Notes: a model not told the origin generated them from the letters alone. A stretch of 57,205 nucleotides of DNA, filler included, from Jimgerdemannia flammicorona (GCA_003990765.1; 2 parts of 2 records of this genome joined end to end with filler, not necessarily neighbours in it), one strand, 5' to 3'; shown: positions 26,922 to 40,200, counted from the whole stretch's first letter. A program made the numbers and translations.

Positions 26922-27003
26922 TGTCTTAATATCTTTCTCCAATAAATGACTCGAAAGTGTGTTATAAAAGTGTGTGTAACGTGAATTGTATTGGAGAAAG
27001 ATG

Positions 27004-27304
27004 AGTACCAAGAAACCTTCAATGAACTCAAAACCAGGTTGATGCAAGTACCTATCCTCAGAAGACCAGATTGGAACCTAGAATTCATCCTGCAGACAGA
27101 TGCAAGAGCTGTAGGACTTAGAGCAGTCCTAGCTCAGAAGAAAGATGGACATGAATATGTCATCTCCTATGCAAGTGGAGGTACCTGTGGAGCAGAACAG
27201 AACTATGAGTCATGCAAGCTTGAATGCTTAGCAGTAGTTTGGGCAGTAGACAATTTCCACTACCACCTAGCTGGAAACACTTCACTATTGAAACAGATCA
27301 TTCC
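27004..27304 (+). pseudogene. Gypsy RNase H fragment
   Basis: PILRRPDW..FILQTDA..AVLAQ..ISYAS..AEQNY..LECLAVVWAV..FTIETDHS. Confidence 0.9.
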
Positions 27305-28562
27305 CATCTTTCTCTGGTAACATTCAGGTTACACAAGACTTAGACAACACTTTCTACAACGTTTTTGGTGTCCAACGACTAACAACATGGACAGCAACGA
27401 TCGATCTGGTGAGCGTACTGGCCAGGGGGGTGGCGGCGCCTTTGGCTGGCAGCAGGTGGGGAGGAGGGGAGATGGTTTGGGGATGCCAGGGGCCTCGATG
27501 GCTAGCTGGGGCCCCAGCGGCGGAGGGAGGGGAGGTCTGAGACAGAGAGGAGGGGAGAGGACGACCTTTGCTGACAAGGTCAGAATGGGGGCGATGGCTT
27601 CTGGGCTGGATAGTTGGCTGGGCCTGGGGAAGGCGTCGATGGCTACTACCGGGGGTCAAGGAGGTGCACCCCAGGGTGCTTCTGGTGGTAGGGAAGAGGC
27701 TGGAGTAGGGGCTGGAGATGTGATGGTTGATGGAGCTGTGACTGGGGATCTGGCAAAAAATCCAGATGTGATGGCAGTTGGCAATTTGGGACTTGGAGTG
27801 GGCACGAGGCCTGGGGACCTGGCGGATGGGGTGACGGGCATGGTGTCGGCCCCGTTACTCAAGAAATCGAGGTCCGAATTTGCGGTCACAATGTGCTTCC
27901 AGGGCTTGGCAGTGACGGCAAGGATGATTTTGAGGCTGGTGGCACAGGAGGCTAGGGGAGCAGCATCGGTGAAGTTTTTGAGGGGGAAGGAAGGGGTTGA
28001 AGTGGGGTTCGAGAAAGAAGATGCCTTGTTGGCAGCCATGGAAAAGGGGGTGATGGTTGGCGGGGTTGTGGTCCCTATGGCTCGGTGTATGCGCTGGGAC
28101 CCCCGGGTGGTGCAGTTGACAGTGTTGGACCTCCCTACGGTGTCGAAGGAAAGGACCAGGGAGTTGGTTGTAGAGGCGATTAAGGAGTATGGCGAGATTG
28201 TGGACATGGGGTTCAAGGTCTGGGAGGGCATGGAGCTTAGAACTGGAGACGTCGATGTCAGGGTGAGACTGGCTGGAAAGGAGAATACGGGGAAGTCGAG
28301 GGACTGGCCAGCAGCGCTGAGGTGGGGACAAGTAGAGTGTAAGGTCGCTAGGGTGAAGGGGACTCAGGAGGAGGAGGAGGACTTGCTGGAAGTGCTGGAG
28401 GACCTGGAAGGGGCTGTTGCAAGGAGGAGATTAGCCTGGAAGGAGTTCGAGGCCAGGACGGTGGTGGGAGAGGTGGATGGGAAGAGGGTTCGGATGGAGA
28501 AAGGGGCCTGGGAGAAGATGCAGGGGAGGAGGATTCAGTAGGAGTTGTTGGCAAAGTTGGAC
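27305..28562 (+). mobile_element. LINE copy 3 (5' end and ORF1), youngest copy, runs into the assembly gap
   Basis: Starts CATCTTTCTC like copy 2, interrupts Gypsy RNase H directly after TDHS, and retains CpGs. Confidence 0.9.
27387..28541 (+). CDS. LINE ORF1 N-terminal 384 codons (TAG at 28539 is probably premature)
   Basis: Open frame homologous to ORF1 of copies 1 and 2, whose homology continues past this stop. Confidence 0.8.
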   Translation: MDSNDRSGERTGQGGGGAFGWQQVGRRGDGLGMPGASMASWGPSGGGRGGLRQRGGERTTFADKVRMGAMASGLDSWLGLGKASMATTGGQGGAPQGASGGREEAGVGAGDVMVDGAVTGDLAKNPDVMAVGNLGLGVGTRPGDLADGVTGMVSAPLLKKSRSEFAVTMCFQGLAVTARMILRLVAQEARGAASVKFLRGKEGVEVGFEKEDALLAAMEKGVMVGGVVVPMARCMRWDPRVVQLTVLDLPTVSKERTRELVVEAIKEYGEIVDMGFKVWEGMELRTGDVDVRVRLAGKENTGKSRDWPAALRWGQVECKVARVKGTQEEEEDLLEVLEDLEGAVARRRLAWKEFEARTVVGEVDGKRVRMEKGAWEKMQGRRIQ

Positions 28563-28662
28563 NNNNNNNNNNNNNNNNNNNNNNNNNNNNNNNNNNNNNN
28601 NNNNNNTTAATTAATTAANNNNNNNNNNNNNNNNNNNNNNNNNNNNNNNNNNNNNNNNNNNN
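28563..28662. other. 100-bp assembly gap with TTAATTAATTAA six-frame stop linker
   Basis: N44-TTAATTAATTAA-N44. Confidence 0.97.
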
Positions 28663-28963
28663 TGATAGCTTCAAAGATCAGGGTCTTTGGGCCAGGCAAA
28701 GGGGTAGAGCGGCGGGAGGTCTGGTTGGTTCGGCGAATAGGAGGCATTGTGTGGTGGGTACTTGGTTCTTTGGTGCTGATCCTTGAGGCGGAGTAGGGTT
28801 CTTTAAATAATGTGGTCTTCATTTTGGCTTGGGTCATCTTGTCTTCTTTTGGTGAAATCACTTGATGGATTGGGCTGGTCACCAGTTATCGCACCATAAT
28901 GTCATCTGATCTTGTGGTCACAGGGTACTCTGAATTTGGATAGGGTCAATTGTAGACGTCACA
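28663..28963 (-). mobile_element. Probable LTR terminus of another retrotransposon, truncated by the gap
   Basis: The minus strand begins TGTGACGTC at a sharp boundary with very AT-rich DNA, and an ORF starts at 28747 (MPPIRRTNQTSRRS). Confidence 0.45.
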
Positions 28964-30258
28964 ATATATAAAGATTAAATTAAATAAATAAAATCTTTTT
29001 AGTTTAATAATATAATTCTATTTAACTTATAGTCTCTTTTTAAAATTAATATATCTATTATATCAGATATTCTATTAGATTTAAAATTTAGTATTTTTTT
29101 TTTATTTTTTATTTTTTATTTTTTATTATATATTTATATTTATTAAACATTTTACTAAATTAATAATATATTATTTTCTATATATAACTTTTAATTTTTA
29201 TTATCTATTTTTATTAAATATTTTATTAGATCAATAATATATTATTTCTCTATATTTAATTTACTTATAACTTAATAGTTTTTATTATTTATTTTAGTTA
29301 AATATTTTATATTTCTTATTGCTTTAAGTATAGTTGAATATACTACTTATAAATGTCTTAATACTTATTTTTTAGTCTTAATATATAGTAATTTCTGACT
29401 TAATTTCTTATTTTAAGTATTTCTTAATTTATATAAATAATATAATTTATTAAATATTTGATATTTATATTATTTAATTTAACTATTTCTTATAGATTCT
29501 TAATATATTTATTTATTTTTCAGTAGTTTATAATGTGTATTATTTAGATTATATATTTTTAAGTCTTAGTTTCTTAATCTTGAATTTATTATATAATAAA
29601 AATAGTTTATATTTTTAATTTCTAAGCTTTATACTCTAGATAGATATTTTTATTTCTAAAATCTTCTAATCTCTTGAAGTCTTTATATTTTACTAACAAA
29701 GTGAACTAAGATTTATTTACTCTAATCTGTAGAGTTATTTATATAAGTTAGGCTAAGTATAAGATGATAATTCTCACTAAGTAAGACTAACTAATAGAAA
29801 CAAAATAAAGTTATTACTATATAGTAGCAATTTGGTGATAGTAGATTGACAAGAGTGAAGCTAATACTAATAAAGATAATTTTTAAGCAATTCTATCAAA
29901 GTATAAGATAGAATATTTATAGAATTAGGCTAAACTAAATATAGTTAAGCTATAATACTTAGCAAGGAACACTATTAGAGCCTAAGCCTTATGTATGTCG
30001 GGTTCTCCGAACTGAGCATTCGAGATAGAAATATTCCTCATGCATGCATTCACCCCAATACACATATATACAAACATATATTTATCTAATTGATTTTACT
30101 TATATACGGGTGGCAGTTAAGAGAGGGAACGAAGGAAGATGGGGATTTAATCCTTGTGCAACCGTCACACTGTTAATAGATCCGACCTTTTCAGCCAGAT
30201 TACACAGCCCCATTATACGTTGACTGCCCCGTCATCAAAGAAGAACCATTACAAAACC

Positions 30259-33200
30259 ATGTCCAACCCGACCCGTCTACAGGACATACTAGCCCGACTC
30301 AAGCCCTTCGAACTCCTGCACAGAGACCACCAAACTGAAATCTTAGCCTGGAAGAAAGATTATTCTGAATACGACCAAGAACTTCATGCCTGCCTTGACA
30401 CCTTGGCCGTGCCGCAGCTGGCACCATACCTTGTCTGGATTCCGCACAACCAGTTATATGATTTTAAACAACTCGCCAAAGGCGGGTTTGCTAAAGTTTA
30501 CAAGACCAAAGTTGTTTTGAAGTCAGCATGGTACCATGTGGCCGCCAAAGAATTGAAATTGATGATGGTTGAAGAGGTGAGTTTGGGTTGACGTGATATA
30601 CCTATATTTTCCACATCTACACAATATAATTATCAATAATCTCACTATATTTTCACTTCATCAATGCAGTTAGTGCTGAATGTCTATTTGAGTCGCTGCG
30701 GAAATAACACTAAAAATGCCCCTATAATGGATATTATTGCTGTATCACAATACCCTGAAACCAAAGAGTATCTGATGATTATGCAATTCGCTGATATCGG
30801 TACTCTTGAGAAGCAGCCGTGCGAACAAGATGGTGATTGGTATACAGCTTTCACATATGCCATAAAACTTGCCAGCCGTTTAGCCAGTCTCCACGATATG
30901 GGATTCAGCCATAAGGACCTCCATCCAGGAAACGTGGTATTCCACAAGTCTCACACCGCACTCCTGATCGATGTCGGCCTTAGTCAAGCTGTAGAAAATG
31001 CAAATTCCGTGAAAGGCGTCTATGGTCGACCGGCATACTTCCCTCCAGAGATCTTTAAGGAAAAACAATATACACAGAGATCAGATGTCTACTGCTTGGG
31101 AACTCTGTTGTGGCAATTGATCGTTGGCGTTCCACCACAAGACAACACAATGGCGGCCATTGCCAGAAATCCTGATGGTCTTCGAGAGGAGCTAATTTCT
31201 GGTGCACCCACAACGTTTAACGACATCATCCGGAACTGTTGGCACGTCGAACCCAATGAGCCTAGTGCTCATAAAGTCTACTATCAATTGTTAGAATGTG
31301 CAGCCAGTTTAGTCAGTATTCCTTTCGTCTGGAAACCAAACACAGAAGATCGAATTTTACGAGAGCTTGCAATTACGCCGATTCCTTTTTCACTTGAGAT
31401 GCAATCATTTATCAAGGCAAGACGGATCACCCATCAGCAAGAGCTGAAATCTATAAACGACAGCAAAACCTTCGAATTTGTAGATGGACAGAGTGCAGAC
31501 AACACTGGAAGTAAATTTTACACTCACCTACAACTCCAAGAAATTACTGAAGAGTACTCACAGTTGATGCTTTTTACTCTTGTACAACAAGGAAATCCAG
31601 GTTAATAGTATTACAGATCTCAGAGTGTTCTTGTATATGATATATTTATTTATTTATTAGTAGGCTTTTATGCTCTTGATTTATATCGTATTTATCAGAC
31701 TATAATAATATGTTATATATATTAATTTTCAATTTATATTTAGAGAAGAGGATTAGACCAAACCGGATTTTAATCAGTATATTATAATATATAAACTATT
31801 GTTAGCTATTGTTCATAAATTCATATTTATAATTTAATTATATTTGATTCATTTATAGAAAGAAGAACTGGTGATAAAATTACTTATAACAAGGAGAGCG
31901 ATATTCAAGCAGAGGTTCAGAAGTTGGGCGAGTTAGATCTCTCAGGTATAATTGATGAGTGTAAACTATTATTTACAGAAAATCAAATACACACTCTATA
32001 TATATACTTACTTCTGTCAATATTCAGAAAAGTGCAAGTATATGAAAGATATTGGAAGACGAAATTTGATCAAATTTCTGGAGCAGAATACAAACGTGAC
32101 CAAGCTCAATCTCAGCAGTGAGTCGGAATTATCTGAATTATTAGTTTTGTAGATATGGTATAGAAGTAAGTTGTAATTCAGATATACTCACATCTTCTTA
32201 TTAAATTTAGAAAACGGAATTGGCATTCTGTTTACTCGTACATTGGCAGAGTTTCTGAAGCAGAATGTAACTTTGACCACTCTTAATTTTCAAGGTATAC
32301 TAGAACAGTATAAATCATTGACCTAAACAGAATGATAAAATATAGCTCACAACTTTTACTTATTTTCTCACTCTCTATTCATCTTTAGAAAATAACATTG
32401 GTATTGAGGGAGCAAATACTCTTGCTGATTCTCTAAAGCAGAATATAACTCTAACTGAGCTGAATCTCTATGGTATGTCAGAATTGTATAAAATATTATA
32501 TATAGTTATTTAACAGAATTATATTTATAATCTATACATATTTATTTATTTTAAAGGTAATAGTATTGGTGATAAAGGAGTATATGCTTTAGCTATATCT
32601 TTGAAGCAAAATACAACTTTAATAGAACTAAATCTTGGAGGTATGTTGAGATTATATAAATTGTTATATAATTATATTATTAATAAAGCTTATAATTTAT
32701 ATATATTTATCTATTTCTCATTTATTTTAAAGGCAATAGTATTGGTCATGAAGGAGCATATGCTCTTGCTGAATCTCTGAAGCAAAATAGAAATTTGATC
32801 AAGTTGAATCTCAGATGTATGTTTGAACTATATTAAGTATTATATAAGTATATATGTATAATGAAATTAAGCTCACATTTTACTCAATTATTATTTATTT
32901 TAAAGATAATAGTATTGGTGATGAAGGAGTACAAGCTTTAGCTGAATCTTTAAAACAGAATATAACTTTGATTGAGCTAAATCTTGGAAGTATGTCAAAA
33001 CTATATAAAGTATAGTATATTATTATATAATTAAATGAAGGTTATAATATATATTTACTTATTTATTATTTATTTTTAAAGATAATAACTTTAGCTATCA
33101 AGGAGCATATGTCTTAGCTGAATCTCTGAAGCAAAACTCAACCTTAATAGAGTTAAATCTCTCTTGTAAGTTAGAACTATATATATAAAGTATTATATAT

Positions 33201-33350
33201 AAATATATAATATATAAAACTAACAATATATATTCTTTTTTTTTTTTTAAAAAAAAAAAAAAGATAATAATATTAATCATAAGATTATATATACTATAGC
33301 AAAATCTTTAAAGCAAAACAAGATCTTAACTATATAAGCTAAACTTTAAT
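30259..33350 (+). CDS. TKL-type protein kinase followed by, and probably spliced to, ribonuclease-inhibitor-class 28-aa LRR exons; 3' end decayed
   Basis: Exon 30259-30576 (AKGGFAKVY, AAKEL) and exon from 30670 (HKDLHPGN, IDVG, PPE, SDVYCLG). Phase-1 exons 31744-31776, 31859-31945 and 32028-32117 follow, then six 84-nt exons. Confidence 0.8.
32211..33165 (+). repeat. Six 84-nt LRR exons (NxIGxEGAxxLAESLKQNxTLxELNL), each flanked by AG/GT
   Basis: 32211-32294, 32389-32472, 32557-32640, 32733-32816, 32906-32989, 33082-33165; a degenerate seventh starts at 33264. Confidence 0.92.
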
Positions 33351-33499
33351 AATATATCAGAACTTTATAAAATTAAATATAAAGAAATTTAAGAGTTTTA
33401 TTAAATATAGCTATTATTGATATATTCAAAGATATTTAATAATTTTAAATACTATTATAAATATATTTATCTATTAGTTTTTTTTTAAAAAAAATATAG

Positions 33500-35710
33500 A
33501 GAATATAAATTATTGGGGGTGCAGAGAGACTCCTCTATTGATCACTTCTAATTATCTATAGTAGATTCTTGAAAGAAGATTACTTATAGATAAGGAGTAA
33601 CTTCTACTACTACTAAATTGTAATAAAACTATATACTGATGAAATTAATATATTACAGATAATCAATAGTGACTATCAGTCCTAAGTTCTGAGTTTTTGA
33701 GAAAGTACTGAGTTCTAATTATCTATTATAATAGAGTCCAGATATTGCTTTTAGGTTTTTATACTAATAGAAGTACTGTGCTTATATTTTAAGTTGATTA
33801 GACTCAGAATTATTAACAAGTTAGATCCAAGGGTTCTGTAATAAGAATACTGCTTTTTATTCTTATATCTGAGAAAAGTTGAGCTAAGATTATAATATAC
33901 TTAATATAGAGAGTATTTATATATATTTGAAGCCTATAACTAAATATAATATACTAGTATATCTATATACAATTATACTACTTTAGATAATAATTACTAC
34001 TTGTTAGAAATTCTATAGAAATTTTTATCAGAATTTTCATTGGAATTTTCAAAGACTTATAGATATATATAATGATTCATTATAAGCTTTTAATAAAATT
34101 ATCATTAAGAACTAATTATATACTCTCCTAAGAATAAATAAACTATATCTTCAAGACCAAGATATTCTCTATTGAACTTATAAAATAGATATTATTAGAT
34201 CTATATTAATAAGAAGAATATAGAAAAAATAATTTTTAGAATATAATTTAGACATTATTAGTTCTGAGTTATATATTTTAGTCTGATTAATATATTAGTA
34301 ATCTTCTAAGATCTCATGAATGATATTTTTGAACTACTGCTCAATATATATATCTTAGTACATATACATATATTGATAATATACTAATCTATATGAAAAC
34401 CATTAAGTTATATTATACTTATATATCTCTAAAGTATATTGACTCTATTGTACTAATATTAACTCTATATTAAGATAAGTAAGTATAAATTCTACTAAGA
34501 TTAGATCAAGTACTTGAGATATATTATTTCAATAGATAGTATTAATATGAACTTCTAGAAGATATTGACTCTATAAAATATTCTCATCTTTATTACTCTC
34601 AAGCTTCTTCAATACTTTTTAAAGATTACAGAATACTACTAATAGTTTATTTAAAGATATTCTGTAATTACTGTTCTACTTATCAGTCTGATATAAAAAA
34701 GAGTCAATATTAAGATTAAATAAATTCTCATCTATATAGTAGTTATAAATTATCTCAAAAGATATCTCAGTATTAATTATATTAAACTCTATTAAATTCT
34801 TTACTCTAACTACAGATATATTAGATATATATTACTATTAGAACTATACTTAGTCAAGAGGACTATCCAGTAGTCTATCTGTATCAAAAGCTTAAGTCAG
34901 TAGAAATCTGATATATTATCAATAAAAAGAAACTCTTGGTTATAGTAACTACTCTCTAGAAATAGTACTACTTTCTACTAGAATGGCTATTTATAGTCTA
35001 TACAGATTACTATATACTTAGATATATCTATACTTAGCTAATACTAATCTATAAATAAGTATGTTAGATGAAAATTATTATTCTCTTTAATATAAAAATC
35101 AAGTATATCTCAGATAAAACCAACTGAGTAGCTGATGGTTTCTCAAGATATATATATATAAAATAAAATTATCTTCATAATCAAGGTAATTGAAGACCTT
35201 ATCTAATTAATTAAGAATAACTATCAATAAGATAACCCACTACTGGATTTTCTCTAGTACTACTAGAATTCAAAGACCAAGATATTAGAACTAATAAAAA
35301 GAATAGCCAAAAGATTCATATATTAAGATGAACTCATCTACTGGAACTATAAAAGAATGGTGGTACCTAGAGATAATATACTCTATCTCAAGATTATACA
35401 AGAACTCTATAATATACATACCAGTAGCAGGATACTTTAGATTTAAAAAAACCTACAACCTAATCTTCAGAGAATTCTACTGACCAAAGATGATAAGGAT
35501 ATCAAGACCTTCATAGTATCTTATGATATGTATCAAAGGTTTAAGAGTGGTAACAAGCTACTAGCCAGGCTTCTGCAACTCCTGTCAATTTTCACTCATA
35601 ACTGGGATCAAATTACCATGGACTTTATTGTCCAACACTCCAAGACCTGGATGCTATTGTAGTTTTTATTGACCATCTTAGCAAGCAAGCTCACTTTTCA
35701 CCAGCATGAA
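33500..35710 (+). mobile_element. Heavily decayed Ty3/Gypsy pol relic (RT, RNase H, integrase); left boundary approximate
   Basis: YIDNILIY (decayed YIDD), QKLKSVE..KKELL (RNase H), WDQITMDFIV..DAIVVFIDHLSKQAHF (integrase). Confidence 0.8.
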
Positions 35711-37200
35711 TATACTATGCCTTGGTGGCATTGTATGAAATACTAATGTGATGGTTATTCAACAAACCAAACCTGAGGGTTGCCTACATTCAGTCCCACC
35801 TTTCGATCATGTGTCTGCGGCATTTAGTCAGCTTCCTGCTCATTTATCGCTTGAAAACGAGGATTGGATACAGTTTTCCCCACTATGCATGATATTGCTT
35901 GGGATGACATGCATGCAATAGCAATGTGTTCTGTTAACCTGAAATGAAAATAATGGGCGAAATATACAGAATTGTGCAAAGTAGATGTATGAGTTTTGTT
36001 GCTCATATAATGCTCCAATTATACTTACAATACAATGACAAATTAACATACATATGTTCATTTTTAACAAAGCACACATACCAAACCAAAAGACTGAGGA
36101 ACATATAGAAATATACGGAGGAAAAAAAGTTCAGTATATTGAAATGCAGATTCTCATCCCCTGGCAATATGTATCGACTAGAAATACCCACAAACGCACA
36201 CACGCATGGCATCCCCATTCGCGCGGCTGCGCCCAGGGCTTAGAACTGGGTGCACATGTTATGATTGGGAGTGTGGCAAAATAAAATAAATGCATTGATA
36301 ATATTGGTTTGCGTTGGGTGATCTCGAATTCTAAAAAAAAAAAATGCTCGAAGCGCGTTGTGCAATTGTGCAAAACACCCCCACCGCCAAGGATCGGGTT
36401 TGGAGCATGGGACGAGTTGATGGGGGACGATCATGGCGGGATAATCCATCTACATTTTGGTAGATTGGGGGCTGAGTCTTGTCCGTGTTGTCAATGCTGA
36501 TTCTTGAAGTTTGTATTGGACAGTGACGTCGCTTTTTGAGGTTGGTTGTGTAAAATATTGGAGATAGTCTTATACTCGCTAAGGATGAGATGTTGTATCA
36601 ATTGTCGACTTCTGATCCTTCATCACAAAGTCTTATCTGATAACGCCATATTGAGCACATTTAAGTGATATGGTTTATGATCGATTGTGGAGTCAGGGTA
36701 TGTGCCTTTGGAATGTTGAAATACATCTTCCTATGAAATTCTTTATTTGGCAGCGAAAGGGCGGGAACGTTGCAGCATCAATGATGTTTAACAAGCAATT
36801 TTGAAACTTTACAGAAGTTGCATTCAGAATAAGACTTGGGTCAAGATTAATTGCGATTTTTGAAGTTGCTAGGATAGCAGGTATTGAGATGTTGTATCTG
36901 GTGATTTGTGACCCTTCAGCACAAAATCTGTTACCATATTGAATACCATTGAAGAACATATGTTATGTGGTTTGGTGGTGCTCTAATTGCGGAGTCGAAG
37001 ATGTCCTATCAGAATGTTTAAATACCTCTTCCTTTACGAGATGAGATATGAAATAATTTATTTAACAATAAACGGTGTGAATGCCAAACAATCAATGGAT
37101 TTTAACGATACAATTGTGAAACGTTATGATCAAAATATGACTCGGGTCAAGGTTTAACTATAAACATATATGCGATCGCTATCTGCTCTCCAATTCCGTC

Positions 37201-40200
37201 TCACATCCTCATTGTTTTCCATGCTTTGGTCTCCTGCTCCCCTTGATCTCTGAACGCTGAATGATGGATCAGAGGAACGACCTCCTTCAACCATCGCACT
37301 ACGTCTTCCTCAAACCACACCATGCCCTTGTCACACTGGCCATTAACACTGTTGTGGAGGTCATCCAGGCACTTCCTCACATCCTCTTCCAAGTAGGGCT
37401 TCATTTTACCATTCTGCCCTATCTCTATCTGGCAGATCACGAAGCACATAGGCCACACTAGGCTGTTGATCGAGATGCTATCGTACACAATACCGGTATG
37501 ATCCTCGCTGTTACTGTGACGATCGCGACTCTCCTTGCGGATGGTCCACTGGTTCCGGCCGAGGGACTTCTCCAATAAGATCACAACTTGTGCGTGGCAG
37601 TGGGCGAGCTCGTCTGAGGTCCCTTTTGTGTAGCTGGATTGGCTTTTGATGACGTCATCTGCTGTTTGGGGTGGATTGAAAACGTAGGTATATAAATACG
37701 GGGAAGATGCTCAAAAATTAGGCTATCATAATCCTCAGATGATGACAATGACATACCCTATGTCAGACACACCAGAAAAGGCAGTTCCGCCTCTTTGATA
37801 GTCTTGGCCACGTTTCCAGTAAAAAGCTACCATAAAGCAAAATAACGGTAACCCAAACGTTTAGCTAATTTGTGCCATCAATTACATACCACCAAAAGGA
37901 AGCTTACCTTTTCGTAATTTCTTGTATGAACTTTATTCACTTCAGCAAGAATAACGATGGCATTGAGAAGGCAAACACCGTGGTGGGTGGTCGCATTTAC
38001 AACCTTGGCCTCCTCGTCCGAGCCTGGGAAATCGATGATGAAAATATTCTCACTCGGCATCCACAATTGGAGTTGCAGGGTCGCATTGGCAAGGACTTCA
38101 GGAAAAAGACACTCGAGCAATGTGGATTTCCCTAAGAAACAGGCCTATCACATTAGACAATGATATCGACATGCATTGGCTCCAATGATCGAGACATGGC
38201 AATACTCACCCATGCGTGACCCACCGACAACCCCGATCATAAAAGTTGCATTGTAGATGGACTGAATCCTTCCGACAACTCTGACTGATTGTGCCCAGTT
38301 CAGGAAGGCAGTCCGGTTGTTTTGGGGCTCCCATTTGAAAATGGTTTGAGCTTCTCTGAGGACATTGAGCACGCACTCGTCGATTGGGTTTTCTCCACCG
38401 GATCGGTCAATATAGGTGTTGTCAAGGATGAACGTTTTATCGCAGCTATCTTGTAACCGTTTCCAAACCTCCAGCTCCATAGAGGGGATGTCCATGGGAG
38501 ATATGACGCGAGCCATGAGGAATAGGGATTCAAGTTTCTGACGATATATATCTTCTCCATATTGAGAGAAATCACTAGCAGGTGGTTCATTCCACACAAC
38601 CAGCATTTCCTGCTGCTTTCTGTCGGAGAAGGACATATATAAATAAAAGTAACCTATACCTAGTAATCCGATAGCAGCTGCAGCTGCTGGTAGTGAAATT
38701 AAAGCAAGTTTTCCAATTGTCATTAAAGCAGTAAACATGGAATAACATGTCCTTGGGCCGTATTTCACCAAATAATCTACCGATTGCAGATGAGATAGCA
38801 CCAAAGCCTCCATCCTCATCATACCAGGGATCAGTATCAACGAATACTTGTCACTCAGAATCTTTTGGATTTGTTGACGGACCTCGATCGACAGCGAGCT
38901 CGCAACGATATCCTCCATGTCTGATTGCACCCGATCGTGAAAATAGCGCACCAGCTTCTGCAGGCTCCAGCTTGGGATTTTACAGCTGAGTGGAGTCACA
39001 TCCATGTTCACCTCCCCCACAAAACTGCGTCTCTTGATCGTGGTTTGCTGGCCTTCTTGGTGGATTTCGGGCATATTCCAAATGTCTTCATCAGATACAG
39101 ATTTAAAGCTGATTTCCATTTCATTTCGCACGTGCTTCATGACGTTGTTAAACACACATTCAAACAAATCGAGTTGAGTCATCGCAAGTAAGTCGTCAAA
39201 TAAATTCTGAATCTCCCCTACATTTGTATCATTGGGTGTTGTCTTCAGGGCCGTGATGGGCTGAAAGTCATCAGCTTCTTTGATGGCTTTGGCATAAGTC
39301 ATGACGATATCGCTTTGGTTAATAAGAATGACTCGTAAAAACATTTTCTTCAGCAGTTGACTGGTTGTCTCCTTGAGTGTGCCAACAAAACCGACGTAAT
39401 GCATCACCAAATCTGTTGTCACCATGTCGCCAAAGAGGGTAACGAGGACCAACTTTGGATCAATGAGAGGTTGTCGACAGGTATCAAGGCTGTCACCGAT
39501 GTCTGCTCTGTGGGCTCGTTGCTATCTTCGTTCACTGTCCTGATATTTATGTGTCGACGATATCTAACTTTGGCAGCGTGCTCTGAGGTTTTGCGATCGC
39601 CCTTGCTTTGTGCACGGATGGCGGCGAATAGTTTTTCAGGCACAATGGACGGGAACTGAACGTTAAATTTTAAGTATAAGTACCTCTCCACTTGTTGAAC
39701 TCTATCAAGAAGGCATTCACAACGATATTTCCAAAAGATGGATAGATCAACTGGTCAAGAACCTGCTGAATGTACTCCATGTTGTTCGAATCGGGCACGA
39801 AGGTTTTCTGGCCGAATTGTTCGGGAAGTTGTCAACGTAGTTTTGGATGCTATGGTGTTCCAAAAGATCCGCATCAAGTCTCTCGAGGAAGGTAGCCAGA
39901 TCTCCGAGGTGGTGACTAAAGAACGACAGAAAAGGAGTCGGTGATTTCGGAATGTCCAGAACCCCGTCCTTTTGGTAATATAAATAATATATACCAAATG
40001 GCACAAATATATGGTCGACATCTGATACCATCTTGATTCGTTTGACAAGCTTTCGAAATGTATCAATTGCAGTCTTCAGGGCGAGAGCAAACAGGGTCTA
40101 TATAATGACCACAGCCTTCAATAACTCCTGAAGTACTTTGACGAGTTTGGATCCATACTCTTCGCCTAATTTCTGCAGTAATACTGGCAAAAGGTTTAAG

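Larger units (their letters stand above)
21102..27003 (-). mobile_element. Full-length L1/Tx1-like LINE (copy 2) nested in the Gypsy RT/RNase H linker
   Basis: 58-nt poly(T) at 21107-21164. 9-bp TSD AGTACCAAG at 21093-21101 and 27004-27012. ORF1 and ORF2 are homologous to copy 1. Confidence 0.95.
15946..27304 (+). mobile_element. Ty3/Gypsy LTR retrotransposon with dUTPase, interrupted by LINE copies 2 and 3 (5' boundary tentative, 3' part not visible)
   Basis: Domain order gag-PR-dUTPase-RT-RNase H. The reading ETKFEWTKKYQ resumes as YQETFNELKTRL after the LINE insertion. Confidence 0.88.

Noticed and set aside
28607..28618. TTAATTAATTAA palindrome
   Set aside because: Artificial six-frame stop linker inside an N gap. 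Adjacency across the gap is also unproven.
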